Shown here in pieces: positions 39,114 to 52,483 of a DNA stretch of 64,000 nt (within the stretch, counting starts at the first letter, position 1; the number at the start of each line of letters is the position of its first letter). The position numbers were made by a program, and so were the translations under genes. Source of the stretch: Octopus sinensis (lineage: Eukaryota); assembly GCF_006345805.1 (NCBI RefSeq), contig NC_042997.1, forward strand, positions 89,590,001-89,654,000. The letters run 5' to 3'. The notes under the pieces were generated by a model. It was not told the DNA's origin. It did not search any database and was given only the letters and a program-made list of their open reading frames with translations.

Positions 39114-41723
39114 CACACATGTATACATGGACAGTCAACTCTATATACATTTATACTTAGTATGGTTTGTTAGTGTTACTATGAAATACAGATAACATAG
39201 TTTGACAAGTGACCTGTCAGTATTTCAACAAAATTCAAACAGAGTGAACTTACCACAACAGTGGCACAAACAGAGATGAAAAACATACCACTCATTACAT
39301 TAGTTGATGAGAACAAAACTCATTTGTGCTAATGAAAATCCTTTCCCACAAGGGACAAGAGTGAGAAGTTTGAAAATTTCAATTGTCCAAAACAAGATTA
39401 AATTCAGTTGTGTAGAAGGGTAGGGATACTGAGTCTGATCTTCAGTTGCTATGAAGATAACTCTGGATATGTTTTGGTCTTATTGGATTTCTTCAACAAT
39501 GTATCATCCATAAAAATCTCCCTGACCCAGAGTGGTTTTTCCATTTAATTTCAGCTGACTTAGATGTAGAGAAAATAGATACTAGTTCTTCTGGAATATG
39601 TTATGTCTGTAGAAGACATAGACCATCATCAGGGAAAACAACAGCAGCAATCAAGTTTGTGAGAGGAAAGATAGTGAAGACAGCAAAAAAGGATAAATAG
39701 CTTACAACATGAGTCCCAATCATGGGATATGAAAGTGGACCTGGGGAAAAGGCTGAGGCCAGATGTAGTTCTGTGGTCTCAAAAGGCAAAGGGGTGTGAT
39801 CAGGCCTACAAACTGAAGTGTACCAAGTAAGAGAGCCTTTTGCAGGATTACAGGGAGTAAGAATGGCAGTCATGGCTTTTCCCAGTATGGAGGAGGCTTA
39901 CAACCATTGGAATGGGAGGAAGAGAATGAAGAGTGGCTGTGTGCAGGAAGGGACAGGCAGCAGAAAGAGCTTCTTGCTGGTTATGGATCAGGAGAGATTT
40001 GAGCTGGAAGCCAGGAGGAGATGACCCACCAACGGGAGGGTGTTAAGGTTCAGGGTTGAAACACTTGATGATCATAGGATACTGTCTGATGACATCATTT
40101 TCTCCTGTCCAAAGCTCCATTTACTTTGGTCAGTGGAAAAGAAGGACCTTCTAGGTATTATTAATAGCATCTTGATTCCTCTTAACCTGCTGATTGTATA
40201 GCACTGTTACTTTAAAAGTACTCATCTCACCTGATTTTCTTTCTTCCAATAATTCAGCAATGTCTCATATCTCACCACTAGAATAAAAGAAGTGTCTTTG
40301 CAGTCACTAACCCTGTTAGAAATCTCCTTGGTCAGTCCAGAGCTTTATTAGAGGACACTTGTTCTAGGTTCCACACAGTGGCACTGAATCCCAAATAATG
40401 TGATTATGAAGCCAACTTCTTAACTACGCAGCCATAAAGAAATTAAAATAAAATAAAATCTTACATTGTACAAATATTGTTACCTGTAGCAAAAGTGTTC
40501 ATGCACTGAATGTATAATGAATATAATTACAGACAAATCCTGAGGTTACCTGTTCAGAGCAACATGATAAGGCTACTTAGAATAAAGTACTCAGGGTATT
40601 ATTACTGAATGTGGTCATGTTTTAAGAAAACAGCAAGTCCAACAAAAGGCATTTTGTTGGTCTTACTATTATAATGAAGCATAATAGGTATAATTATTAA
40701 TTATTGTATTATTTAAAAGCAACAAACTTTTGTGCACACATTAATTTATTCTGTGTGCTGGTTACAAAATATTTGTGTGCATAATAATGTACACACACTC
40801 ACACACACACATTCAGCTTAGTAAGGACAATGTTGGATATGATATTAAAAGTGGAAAGTTGCTTGTGATTCCTTAGCATTTTCACTGCTTACAGTGATGA
40901 ATTATACCATTGCATAGTGCCTATTTAGATCTAGGTGAACTTAGCCATTGTGAGTTAAATGTTTTAACCATTAATGCAACACAATATTAGTGATATTATA
41001 TGAATCGTTGACCTCTTAGCATCCTCAATTATCCAAATCAACTTAACCATCTTTGTAACATCCTTATTCTTCAAACTAACTTAGATATAAAAAAAACAGC
41101 AAACAAATCAACATTTCAAATTAATGAGTCAGCAAAACAGTCTCTCAGCATGCTAGAAATAGCAGTCAGATGTCTCTCAACTCACACTCTACCATTTTAA
41201 ATAATCAAAGGATCACATTCGATAATGTAGATCTAGGTCCCACTAAAATGATTGGATGATCATTACTGGAATATTTCTGAAATATGTCTGCTTCTTCAGG
41301 GTTGACTTGGGAGCTAACTACTACCTTCACCGCCACCGTGGCCACCACCACCACCACCATTCTCAACTATATTAGCCTTATTCAATTACATTGTTTATCT
41401 ATTGGAGAAAAATCTACAAAAGGGACTACACCTCCCCTGTCCTTATAGGAATGTATGTAACAAGTAAGTGAACAGTTAGAACAATTGAGGACAAAGGTAA
41501 GGAATTTTTGGCTTTGTTATGTCCCAAATAGGGTCCTGAAAATGTCTGCTTTGCAACTGTGGTTTTATCTCATCTTTTCCTTTTTTTATATATTTTTTGC
41601 TAGACTACATTATCCACTGTGTCCTTAAGACATCAGGATAAAATTTGAGAGAGATCTGGCTACTATTTCTAGGAAATCAAATGACTAGATAAAGTTACCC
41701 GCATTGTCTTCTTGTTGACTCAC

Positions 41724-41805
41724 CTTTTTTGATGCCTGAAGTGTGAGGACCAGTTTGAAATTTCTTTGAACATTGTTGATTTCTTTTCTTATTGGGATTT
41801 TCTCT
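41724..41805 (-). CDS. LRRC43: LRRC43-like coding exon 2 (RENPNKKRNQQCSKKFQTGPHTSGIKK + G)
   Basis: 82-nt open segment between acceptor tttaaag| and donor G|GTGAGT. It starts in phase 0 and ends in phase 1, exactly the phases needed to join exon 1 to exon 3 (G+AT = Asp). Not in the ORF track. Confidence 0.75.
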
Positions 41806-42724
41806 CTTTAAAGCAGATACACATAGAAAGAAATAACAAGGGATAAACAATGTAAAAAGGAGATATTATTGGTTTACTCCCCCTCCCACTTTTTTTTTTT
41901 TTGTAAGTGAATAAATGTTTGAAACAATTACTTGCCCTCAAATGTTATGCTTTTGTGCAAAAAGTTATGTTAAACTCTTTATTTACATGGTACTGATTTT
42001 GTTGTTTAGCTGCAGGTCTGCTATGATCAAGCAGATCAAAAGGTACTCCAGCTGTGACTATCCTATCTTTAAAGTGAAGGAACCTCTATGCAACTGCTCA
42101 ACTGCTAGAAATAACAACCAAATCACCTTCAAGCCACAGTCACATGAATATTGATTTCCAATATATAACATTAGCAGTACAATGCATCAACTTTTGTGGG
42201 GAGCACTATAGTCAGTTTTATCTACTTTAGCTGGTTTAAATATTAAAGGATTAATGGTAATTTTACCATTAACCCTCTCTCAGAGACAGGAACATAATTA
42301 GATTAGACTTGAGAAAAGTCTTGTACTGTCATTTCTTTTTTCCTTCCCATGATCTTGTCTTTCCTTCCCTGGTGGAAAACCACAGGAATCACCTTGAAGA
42401 ACTGTCTTCTGGTAAGTTCTTAAATGCATTTGCCAATTATGTTATCAGCTTTTAGGTAATTTCTACAAAACATATTCTAAGTTGTCACCATCAAGTAATC
42501 TGTTTGAGGTATAATGTATGTAGGGCTACATATTAACTTTTTTTTTCTAATCTTTCATTTAGTCACAACAATGAATGGAATTACTCATACTCAAGAAACT
42601 AGATAGTGAGTATTTAATTATAGATTTTGAGTTCAGAAGTCTGGAATTGATAAAATAAGTAACAGCCAGGTACTAGCGGCAAATCTGTGTAAATGTTAAC
42701 CGAAAAGCGAAACGTTTCACTCAC

Positions 42725-42820
42725 CCAACTTCCATAGCCACATGGAAATTCCTCCAGACCAAGCTGCCGCAGTTTTTTCTCAAAAACTTCTGTTACCGTA
42801 ATTCTGTTAGACACTAGCAT
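42725..42820 (-). CDS. LRRC43: LRRC43-like leucine-rich repeat protein, coding exon 1 (MLVSNRITVTEVFEKKLRQLGLEEFPCGYGSW)
   Basis: ATG at 42820; 96 nt ending at a phase-0 donor TGG|GTGAGT. KKLRQLGLEEFPCGYGSW resembles the LRRC43 N-terminal motif (EHLRKLCLREFPCGAGSW) as I recall it. Confidence 0.85.
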
Positions 42821-43158
42821 GTCAACGGATAGGCTTAGAGATAGTACGAATCAACCCCTAAGACTATTATTGTCTGCTCCCTAAATAGAAACTTCCTAAC
42901 ATTAATGGCCAAGTAACTAAAATATTGCTGTTATCGACAGAAAAGAATATTATTTGTTCGACTCTCGCAAGTAATGGGAGCGCCGTGATATGGCTATACC
43001 GTATGCTATCCAAAGAGCTGAATTTGATGATCACTTTTGTTTATCTGGAAGCAGATAAAGACAATCAAGGACAGAATAAGAGAGGAAGAAAGAAGCGAGA
43101 CCAACATATATAATTGGAACAAGACAGCAGACAGCTAGACAGAGAGTGATAAAATCAA

Positions 43159-43220
<62 letters not shown>

Positions 43221-43353
43221 GGGGGCACTGAAGTGAAGCGCGGAACTCGGGGGAAAGCTGTTGTTGGATAGTTTAGAAGAGATTCACTGGGCCAAGATCA
43301 AATCCGGTTGATCGCATAAATATAAACACCACAAACATATCACACGATAGATT

Positions 43354-43387
<34 letters not shown>

Positions 43388-43516
43388 CACTAATGGAGGG
43401 GAGATTACACTTCAATGCTATTCTGCTTCTCCATCAAGACCTTTTTCACTCTTACTTTCTATAATTGCCTCCGCCTACAACTCTTACCTCATCTTCCTTA
43501 ATGGTTGTTTTCATTG

Positions 43517-43546
43517 GTTGCTAACGACGATTGTAACCTTAGCAAC
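43517..43546. promoter_or_regulatory. RFX X-box (GTAACCTTAGCAAC, 43533-43546) with adjacent X-box-like GTTGCTAACGAC; putative LRRC43 promoter
   Basis: Matches the consensus GTNRCC(N0-3)RGYAAC, ~700 bp upstream of the ATG. A CCAAT on the minus strand lies at 43513-43517. A candidate 5'UTR donor GAG|GTAAGA (43488) and acceptor ctatttag| (42880) would link it to exon 1. Confidence 0.6.
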
Positions 43547-44159
43547 AGTAGCCTAGGCGTTAATAATACGCTGAAATTCATAACAGAATAACGTCAATTT
43601 AGGCACTACAAGTTTTGAATATTATTGTTTATGTTGTTGTTTTTGTTATTGGCTAGAAACATCTATGGAAATTTTACGATTGTTTTGAAATTTATAAGAT
43701 TGATGAAAATTTAGAGGGAGCCATGGTCTGTATAATTTCTTTAGAAACTGTAGCTTTTCGAAAGCTTTTGATTCTAGAGATGATATAAAGTTAATATGGG
43801 CAGTACTGAAAGTGTTGTATATCTTTTGAGAGAACAACTTTGAAGTATATATTTTTTGTTATATATACTTGTTACCTCTTCTTGATTGCGATTTATCAAT
43901 TTGTATCTTTACGTCAACAAGAACTGTCCACGAGAAATTAAAAGTTCACTTGTCTTCGTCTTTTTATTGGACTCTGTTACAAAAATTATTGAGAATGCAT
44001 TATATCATTTCTGTAATTTCATTCATAAGGATAGAACTTCGTCCCGTACATTTATTATTGACATCAACAATAAAGCTGACTGGCTTATTGTTGAAGTCGA
44101 TGTGGGTGAAGTGTCTTTTAGTTCAGTTTCATAATTCAAAAAATCTTTTCTTATTTCTT

Positions 44160-44560
44160 TATTGCCCACAAGGGGCTAAACATAGAGGGGACAAACAAGG
44201 ACAGACAAAGGGATTAAGTCGATTACATCGACTCCAGTGCGTAACTGGTATTTAATTTATCGACCCCGAAAGGATGGAAGGCAAAGTCGACCTCGGCGGA
44301 ATTTGAACTCAGAACGTAGCGGCGGACGAAATACCTATTTCTTTACTGCCCACAAGAGGCTACACACAGAGAGGACAAACAAGAACAGACAAAGGGATTA
44401 AGTCGATTATATCGACCCCAGTGCATAACTGGTACTTATTTAGTTGACCCCGAAAAGGATGAAAGGCAAAGTTGACCTCGGCGGAATTTGAACTCAGAAC
44501 GTAGCGGCAGACGAAATACCGCTAAGCATTTCGCCCGGCGTGCTAACGTTTCTGCCATCT
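44160..44560 (-). mobile_element. Two tandem SINE copies
   Basis: Repeated block cgaccccgaaaggatg(g/a)aaggcaaagt(c/t)gacctcggcggaatttgaactcagaacg at ~44260 and ~44445; related copies at ~7800, ~26000 and ~32440. Confidence 0.75.
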
Positions 44561-45984
44561 ATCACTACTCTAATAATAGTCTGCAACCCTCGGAGGAGGC
44601 TAGCCTCATATCTCTCCCACGTCCGAAATGTAGAACAACATACCCTAGAAAGAAAAAAAACCCCTGCTAATTTCGGCACTACTAGGTAAAAAAAACAATT
44701 TTTAAAACAATTTTATTCTTATTATTTGTAGTTTATGAACACTTTTCTGAGATGTAAAATATCTACATTAATTATCAAATAACCCCAATCTCAAAAATGA
44801 GCATAATAAAAAGAACATCATACCGTATCTTTGAAAACTTAGAACACAATATTGAAAACCTCACTAAGTGTTGAGATTCATTTAAAATCCATTTTACTGC
44901 ATCCTGATGCTGTGCCCTACGCCATTCAAAAGTTCCTCCATGGTCTTCCTATTATTCACATAGTCCAAGAGAGGGTGGGTAGGGGGCCGCCCCTCACCGT
45001 CCCACTAAACCCGCTCGTAACTCTTGATGTGTTCAACCAGATTTTCCCTACACTAAGCACTGTATCCATTCACTATCCCCAGAACATTAGTCTTCTGAAA
45101 TCTCCAACCTGCTCATGTCTTTCCTGCAGTAGTTGACCGGCAACAATTTAAACGGAACATTTAAAAGAGCATCATTCTCACCCGTCTTGGAAGGCCTGCA
45201 AAAGTCATGGGCTCTGACCCCTTCCTCCAAAGTCGACGAGTAAAAAAAATATATACTACATATATATTAGAAAGTTGTTTATTCCGATAAGCTGTCAGAG
45301 AAGAGGTGAAAGGTAAATTTCAATTTATACCAGACGTTTAATCATGTCCGACAGTGTTTGGCGAAATCGTATGAAGGATATAATATAAAGTGGTTGGATA
45401 CTGCAGAAAAGACAACAGGCATGTATTAGTTGTATTTGAGTTAAATAGTTGAAAATCTGCCGTTGTCAAACTTACTTTTCATCCTTTCGTGATGGGCAAA
45501 ATACAGTGTCAGTGAAGTACTAGGGTTGACATAATCAAATGTTCCTTCCCACTAAATTTCTGGCTCCGTGCCGCTGAAAGATACCAATTTAATTTAATGT
45601 AACATTTTATTGAGATGGATAAGATAGGCTCTTCCTAACAAGCAACTCGATTCTAGACACAGTTTCAGAAGGGCACATGCCATTTCATTCTAAATTAAGT
45701 CTTGCAGGAAATGTGTTTTTGGTTACAAATAACGTCGAAACTCCTTGTTCGCAACGATAAGTGGATGATAACAATAAAATACTCCCCACACATTTTCTAG
45801 ACGCCTCGTACCACGCCATGTCTAACGGATTGACAGAGTGTTTTCCTCGACAATTGAAAGCAGCTCTACGCGCTTATCCCGAGTTAGATGTTTGATCAGA
45901 AGTATTACCAATTATTTTATTGGGTCTTCGATCGGTTGTCAAGGGAGACCTAATTTCTTGCATTTCGGCAATTTCAACCAATCA

Positions 45985-48679
45985 ATGGCGTCTATTGAGG
46001 TGAATACAATTACTGCTGTAGTTAGTCAACAAGTCCAACAACTTCCGGCGGTGTCTATTTAGTTTAAAAAACAGGATCTTTTCACTTTGACCGGCAGATT
46101 TTAAAAAATAATTTCTTTGTAACTAAACACTTTTAAACTTCATATACTGGTAGAATGTGTTACATAAAACATCCTTTTCTCTTGGCTTTCTTGAGAAAAT
46201 TCTGTAGTTTGTAAGCTATTTGTTGTTAAATTTCCCGCAGATCTCCCTTACCCAATACTAGGTGCAGACTTTTTGTACCACTTCTGCCTGCTTGTGGACA
46301 TACGCACTCGACGCTTATGGGACGCGATCACAGAACTTTATATCCCAGGTAAAATGGATATAATCCCTGCAGTTAGTTTAGTCTTTTTCATTGCTGCCAC
46401 GGACGCTGACTAACCTAAATTTTTTACTGCTGCTTCAACTCACACCACCACCCATTTCATCGAAACTTAATGATGCCCAACTCTTCTAGCCCTTGCACAT
46501 GGTTTCACAGCATTCCGGGGATTGGTGGCCCACTGGTGACTACAGGAGATTAAACTCCATCACGGCGCCAGAGAGGTATGCAATACCTCAGATTCAGGAT
46601 TTTGCATCATCTCTCCACAACTGCAGAATATTCACCAAACTGGACTTGGTTAAGGCAATATCCAGAGACTATTTCGAAGACTACCATAACCACTCCTTTT
46701 GGTGTCTTCGAATTCCTAACTATGCCATTAGGTTTATGGAATTCAGCTAGCACATTCCAAAGATTCATAGATGAAGTCGTCCGAGACTTAAACTTCGTCT
46801 GTGCATACATCGACGACATCTTGATCGCAAGTGCCTCACCCGAGGAACATCTCCATCATGTACGTCAGCTGTTCAAGCGGTTCAAGACTTACCAAGTGTG
46901 GATCAACCCTATCAAATGTGTTTTCGGCGCATCTTCTTTCACCTTTCTAGGTCACGTCATCAGCCACTGCCTGACAAGGTGAAGGCATTGCAGGAATTAC
47001 CTTCACCCGCCTCGTTACGTGAGCTCCGACATTTCTTGGGACTATTCAGCTTCTATCGGCACTTTGTTCTTCATTCAGCTGAAATCCTATATCTGCTAAA
47101 CACGCTCCTTTGGAATAGGAAAAAGAGGAATGAGCCGATAGCATTGGACTCTGACACAGTAAAGCAACTTGACTCCTTCAACACAGTAAAGCAGCAACTT
47201 GCTCAGGCATCGCTTCTTGCCCACCCTGTCACGGATGCTCGGTTATCCCTTTCCGTGGAAGCATCCAACACTACCATAGGTGCAGTGTTACTACAATTTC
47301 ACCAGCAACAACTCCAGCCTCTTGCCTTTTTCTCTTGGCAGCTTAAACCAGATGAAACTTGCTACAGCAGTCAAATATTTCCAGCACACACTCAAGGGAT
47401 GTGAATTCACAATTTTTATGGACCACCGTCCACTCACCTTTGCCTTGCGCTCGAAGCCTGACAAGTGCTCTCTACGAGAAACCAGGCACTTGGATTTCAT
47501 TTCCCAATTTACCGCCGACATCCGCCATATTTCTGGTGTAGATAACACTGCAGCAGACGCCTTATCGCGCCTATCACTGAATTCGCAGTCATCACCCACA
47601 GACATCGGCCTGCATCTCCTGGTTAAAGATCAACTTCGCTTAGAGACAATTGATATATCCTCACCCACTTTTGCCATATGCAACTTCAAGTACTTCTCAG
47701 TACCCACAGCTGATGCCCAGGTTTTGTGCGATACTGCCATGAATTCTCCTCGTCCTTTTGTTCCGAAGACCCACAGACAAACAGTCTTCAGCACACTGCA
47801 TAACCTGTCACACTCTGGCGTCACTGTCACAGTGAAACTCATTTCGGCTAGATTCTTTTGGCCAAATATGAGACGAGATATCATTGCTTGGTCACGCTCC
47901 TGCCTTTTCTGTTAGAAGGCAAAGGTGCATAGGAACATCCTTACATCCCATGGCACATTCAACACACCAAATGTGCGTTTCAACCATGTACACATCGACC
48001 TTGTCGGACCTTGGCCAGTTAGCCAGCGATATATCTACCTGCTCACCTGCAATGATCGTTTCACACGTTGGCCGGAAGCTCTTCCTTTAGTAGATATCAC
48101 TGCAGAATCTGTTGCCAAAGCTTTTTTCACAAGATGGCTATCACCGTACAGGGTTTATACCATCATCACTACCGACCGTGGAAAACAGTTTGAATTGCAA
48201 CTCTTCCACGAGCTCACGAAGACCATAGGTGTACGTCAGATCCGAACCACCAGTTACCACCTACAATCCAACGGTATGGTGGAATGATTCCACCATCAAA
48301 TAAAAGCTGCTTTGCGTGCTTACCCAGATCGACAGTGTTGGAGTGAATATCTTCCAACAGACCTTTTTGGCTGTCGAGCCTCGATAAAGGAGGATCTCGG
48401 TTATTCCCCAACAGAACTTGTTTATGGCACACCCTTTTTCGTTTCTAGGCCAGATGTTGGTCGCAGTGGATCTGTCCACACAAGACCCCGCTATGTACAT
48501 ACACGGACTTTGCAAATACATGCAAGAACTGCTACCCATGTCAACACGACACCAAACGACTAAATCATCAGTTCCAAAAGACATTGAGTCTTGGATCCAT
48601 GTGTTTCTACGAAACGACGCTGTGAAATCCCCTCTCACACCTCCATACACAGGACCCTATCGCGTCCTGTCGCACACAG
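45985..48679 (+). mobile_element. Decayed Ty3/Gypsy pol region (RT, RNase H, integrase)
   Basis: Frameshifted ORFs: GDYRRLN, TTPFGVFEF..MPLGL.N...TFQRF..., YIDDILI, LRHFLGL..FYR, FTIFMDHRPL, AADALSR, HNLSH.G, HIDLVGP, DRFTRWPEA, TTSYH.QSNGMVE. LTRs not resolved. Confidence 0.92.
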
Positions 48680-49019
48680 GATTCTATATTTACCTGAGTA
48701 TGTATGTATGTATGTATGTATGTATGTATGTATGTATGTATGTATGTATTATGTATGTATGTATGTATGTATGTATGCATATGTGTATGTATATGTATGT
48801 ATGAATGGCCCTCAGTGTAACAATAAGAAGTGAATGATTGTAGTTACCACATTAACAATGAGATGAATGGATGAAAAAGAAATCGTTTTCTATTCACCGA
48901 AGACTATTGGACACGACTATTTACTGAGAAACAACGGAAACTTCATTTGGTACGGCAGTGTGAATGTACCCTGATTCTATACTTACCTGAGTATGTGTGT
49001 ATTTATGTATATACATACA

Positions 49020-49700
49020 TACATGTCGTTTGAGGTGAGGTGAACATCTAGTGAGAATGAATGATGAAAGATTTCTTAAGCAACTTTTGTATGGTGAGCT
49101 GTAAGACGGTAGGAGGTCAGCACATAAACCCAAAATGAGGTTCAAGGACTGTCTCCGAATTGTACTGACACAGACAGGAGTTTCGGTTGTTGATTGGGAT
49201 AGAGAGGCACAAGACCGAAATGGATGAAGGAAAAGAGTGCCCAGTGGTTGTTCGAAGTTTGAAAGAGAGAGAATGAAGCACGAAGAGATCAAGTAAAGGC
49301 TTAGAAAGAATGAACCTGTGGAAAATGAGGGAGCGTTGCTTCTTATGTGTGTGATTTGTGGGAGGAAATACTTGAGTCGTGCAGACCTGGTCAGCCAACT
49401 GAGAACTCATAGGAATCAACTCCTTGTGAATTGTGATACTGTTATTGTTCGCAACAGAACATGTGCAACCTGTGGAAAGGTGTGCCTTTCTGTTGGAGAA
49501 TTGAAAAGGCTTGACATAAGAATTCAAACTGTGGCACCTGTTCCCTCTGCCAGCCAGCAGAGCTCTGGATTATGCAATAGAATGTGAAAATCTTTGGCCG
49601 GGCCCAAGAGTCATACAAGGGCCTCATATTGCATCATCAATGGCTCATTTCAATGATACTTTCTAGCAATGGCTTTGCTTGTATATGAGAAAGCAACAAC
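49020..49700 (+). mobile_element. LINE 3' fragment with tandem C2H2-like fingers (mirror copy ~54790-55470, minus strand)
   Basis: CVICGRKYLSRADLVSQLRTH and CATCGKVCLSVGELKR; same family as 31911-32195. Confidence 0.6.
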
Positions 49701-49778
<78 letters not shown>

Positions 49779-49922
49779 CGAAACAGTTGTAGGGATTATA
49801 TTTATTTTTATATTATAATAATAAAATAATACCATGTTAATAAATTAACATATGTCAATTTGAACTCTCCATTTTCCTTTTATTGTATATATATATATAT
49901 ATTATTATGTATTATATATAAA

Positions 49923-50138
49923 TAGTAATCCCTCGACTATTTCGGGTGTTACGTTCCCAAACCACGTGATAGGTGAAAATCTGCGAAGTAGAAACAGTAC
50001 TGTATATTTTTCTTCATCATTATTATAATTTGTATATATTTACTTTATTATAAATACAAAACAACATCATGGAGGAATTGACCTAAGCTTAAATAATAAA
50101 CCACAATAGGTGAGTCGCGATATGGCGTGAGATTACTG
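49923..50138. mobile_element. pogo/Tigger-like MITE (mirror copy 54356-54572)
   Basis: Imperfect TIRs tagtaatccctcgactat / atatggcgtgagattactg in TA-rich flanks. Confidence 0.6.
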
Positions 50139-50164
50139 TGTGTGTGTGTATATATATATAAATA

Positions 50165-52483
50165 GATGAGTGTATTTTTACCTTGTTAACAATTAATACG
50201 GAAAAATAAATAAATAGTTACCAGGGTAGCAAAAATCTCACAAGTAAAGAGGTTGTAACTCCTTGTTTATAAAGGTAGAAACTTCGTGTTTACGTGGAAT
50301 TTTTTGTATAATATATGAATAAATAAATGGAGTTTAACGCATGTGTAATCAAATATTTTTACTTTCGACGCATGTTTCGAAAATTCCGCTGATACTATTC
50401 AAAAGAATAAATGGTATAAACAATGCAATCTTCTCTTCAGGAAAGTGAAAAAAACGAAACTCGTCAATAAGACATTTTAGCAAAAAATGATGAATTTGTA
50501 CAACTGAACGCTATTAATATTGTTTAAAAAAACGTTATATGATATAACGTCATAAGTAGTTTACAGAAAGAGTAAGATTTTCACATTCTATTAATAGTGA
50601 ATGTTAAATATAAAGGAAATTAAAGTTTAAATTATATAGATAGAGACTACTTATATGCACTAAAGGTGTGTTTTGCCAATGTTTACATCTTTATGCTCGC
50701 TCTATAACCGTGTTTACAGGGGGATTTTTAGAAAAAATAATGAAAAATAGCTCAGAATTGCAGAGAAGACAGAATTCCTTGCCTTTGTCATAAGGTATCG
50801 AGATTGAGAGAATCAACCATTCTAATGAAATTGTTCATTTTTGTCTTTTAGATCCCAAATCTGTTTGCTGAGACCGGTACTATTACGTTTGTTTCTATCC
50901 CTAAATGTTGAGTAATGGATAGAAATTCTTTTAGATAACTCTAACGATGTGCTTCCAATGTAAAATCGTACTTTATTACGAGTACTGATTATATACTGGT
51001 ATATAGAATTTTTAATCTTAGAGTTACTTGACATAAACTTAATTCTATTGGAATTGACTTCAGATACAATAAACTTGTTATTAATATTTCTAGAGGGCTG
51101 GATGGTACTAGCTAAATTAATGTTAGTATTAGTGAATGTATTAATATTTAACAGTTTGTTATTATGTGAAGAGATAATTTGTAAGAGATTTTTTTGTGTT
51201 TGAAAAACCGATCCTAACCGTATGTGAATTGATAATAGAGAATTCTTTGGAAAATTCCTAACACTAGCTTGACGAAACAGCAGTGGGAGATTAGATTTAA
51301 TTTGTCTCCCCTAAGGAATTATTAACCAATTATTTTTATTAGTATTCATAGCGTAATTATTTTTGAAGGTGTTATATTTACTTTTAGAACGATAATAAGG
51401 GATTAAATAAGGGTTATCTGCCTTCATTCGCTTTGTATCGGTGCGTAAGTTATGTTTGTTATCAATAATTCTTATACGACTAGAAATCTTATCTACATTA
51501 TTGAATTTACAATTAGACTGAGTAGAATCAATGTAGAAAATTTTCTCTGTATAACCTGCTTTAATTAAGGCAGAGTTATAGAACTCAGCATTATCATCGA
51601 AAATATCAACATTAGCAGATATTTAGATAATCTAAATGAAATATTCTTAACTAAGTTCTTAGTAATTGCTCTAGGATGATTACTAAATTTGCTAATGTAC
51701 TTAAGTTTGGTCAACGGTTAACGATATGGGAAGTAAGAGTCACTGTGTAAATATCTAAAAAGTTGGCCTTCGTCATAGCGTCATCAAAAACGATTTTTAA
51801 GCCCATTCTACTGAAAAAATTAACTAAACTATTCTTAAGTTTTTGTACCTTTTGGTTGGAAACATTATGGAGGTAAAGTAAACAATCATCACGATACAGA
51901 CCTCCATAAATGTTAGGGAACTCTTCTGCCATTACAAAAAGAATATATATACAGACCAAATCAGCTATCTGTGCTGAATCAGAACTTCCCATTGGTATAT
52001 CGAAACTCTCTGGTGTGTCTTTACGGAACCACGACTTATTATCAAATTTAATAATAGATCTTCTGGCTGCCAACACAACATTAATTTCTTCTCGGGTGAG
52101 ACCAGCTTTGTTATGAGCAAGCCAAAGTGCCTTATTAAGTACTATTGGATTGATAGAAGAATAAAAATTGGAAACATCAAACTGGATAAACTTAGTACTC
52201 ACCTTATTGGTAATAGAACTAAACCAGTCAACTACTTCAAACGACTTAGTCCATAAACTAAGTTTTAATGTTTTCATTAAATTAGGAATATATTTATCTA
52301 GTATATTTTTACTAAGGATACCGATGTCAGAGCTAGAAGGGCAGATAAGCCTTAGTTAGTAAAAATTTTGTTTGTAACTTAGGTTAGTAAAAAAAATTTG
52401 TTTGTGATCCTTCAAAATGAACCGAGGTTGCTTAGGATCAAGCGGTTCTGTCTTCATTTGTAGGTTATATTTCTCCATAATTT
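50165..52483 (-). mobile_element. 5'-truncated Penelope-like element (RT + GIY-YIG), left copy
   Basis: ORF 51711..52277: FIQFDVSNFYSSI, IPMGS..SAQIADL, GLYRDD, NFLDI. GIY-YIG 50822..51034: IYQ...FYIGST...KRISIH. Upstream FILKDHK motif in the spacer. Confidence 0.92.
50361..50446 (-). ncRNA. Type I hammerhead ribozyme, mirror copy
   Basis: Reverse complement of 54048-54133. Confidence 0.85.

Noticed and set aside
44850-45260. GC-richer segment with a possible nuclease-like remnant on the minus strand
   Set aside because: Too degraded to assign without a search.
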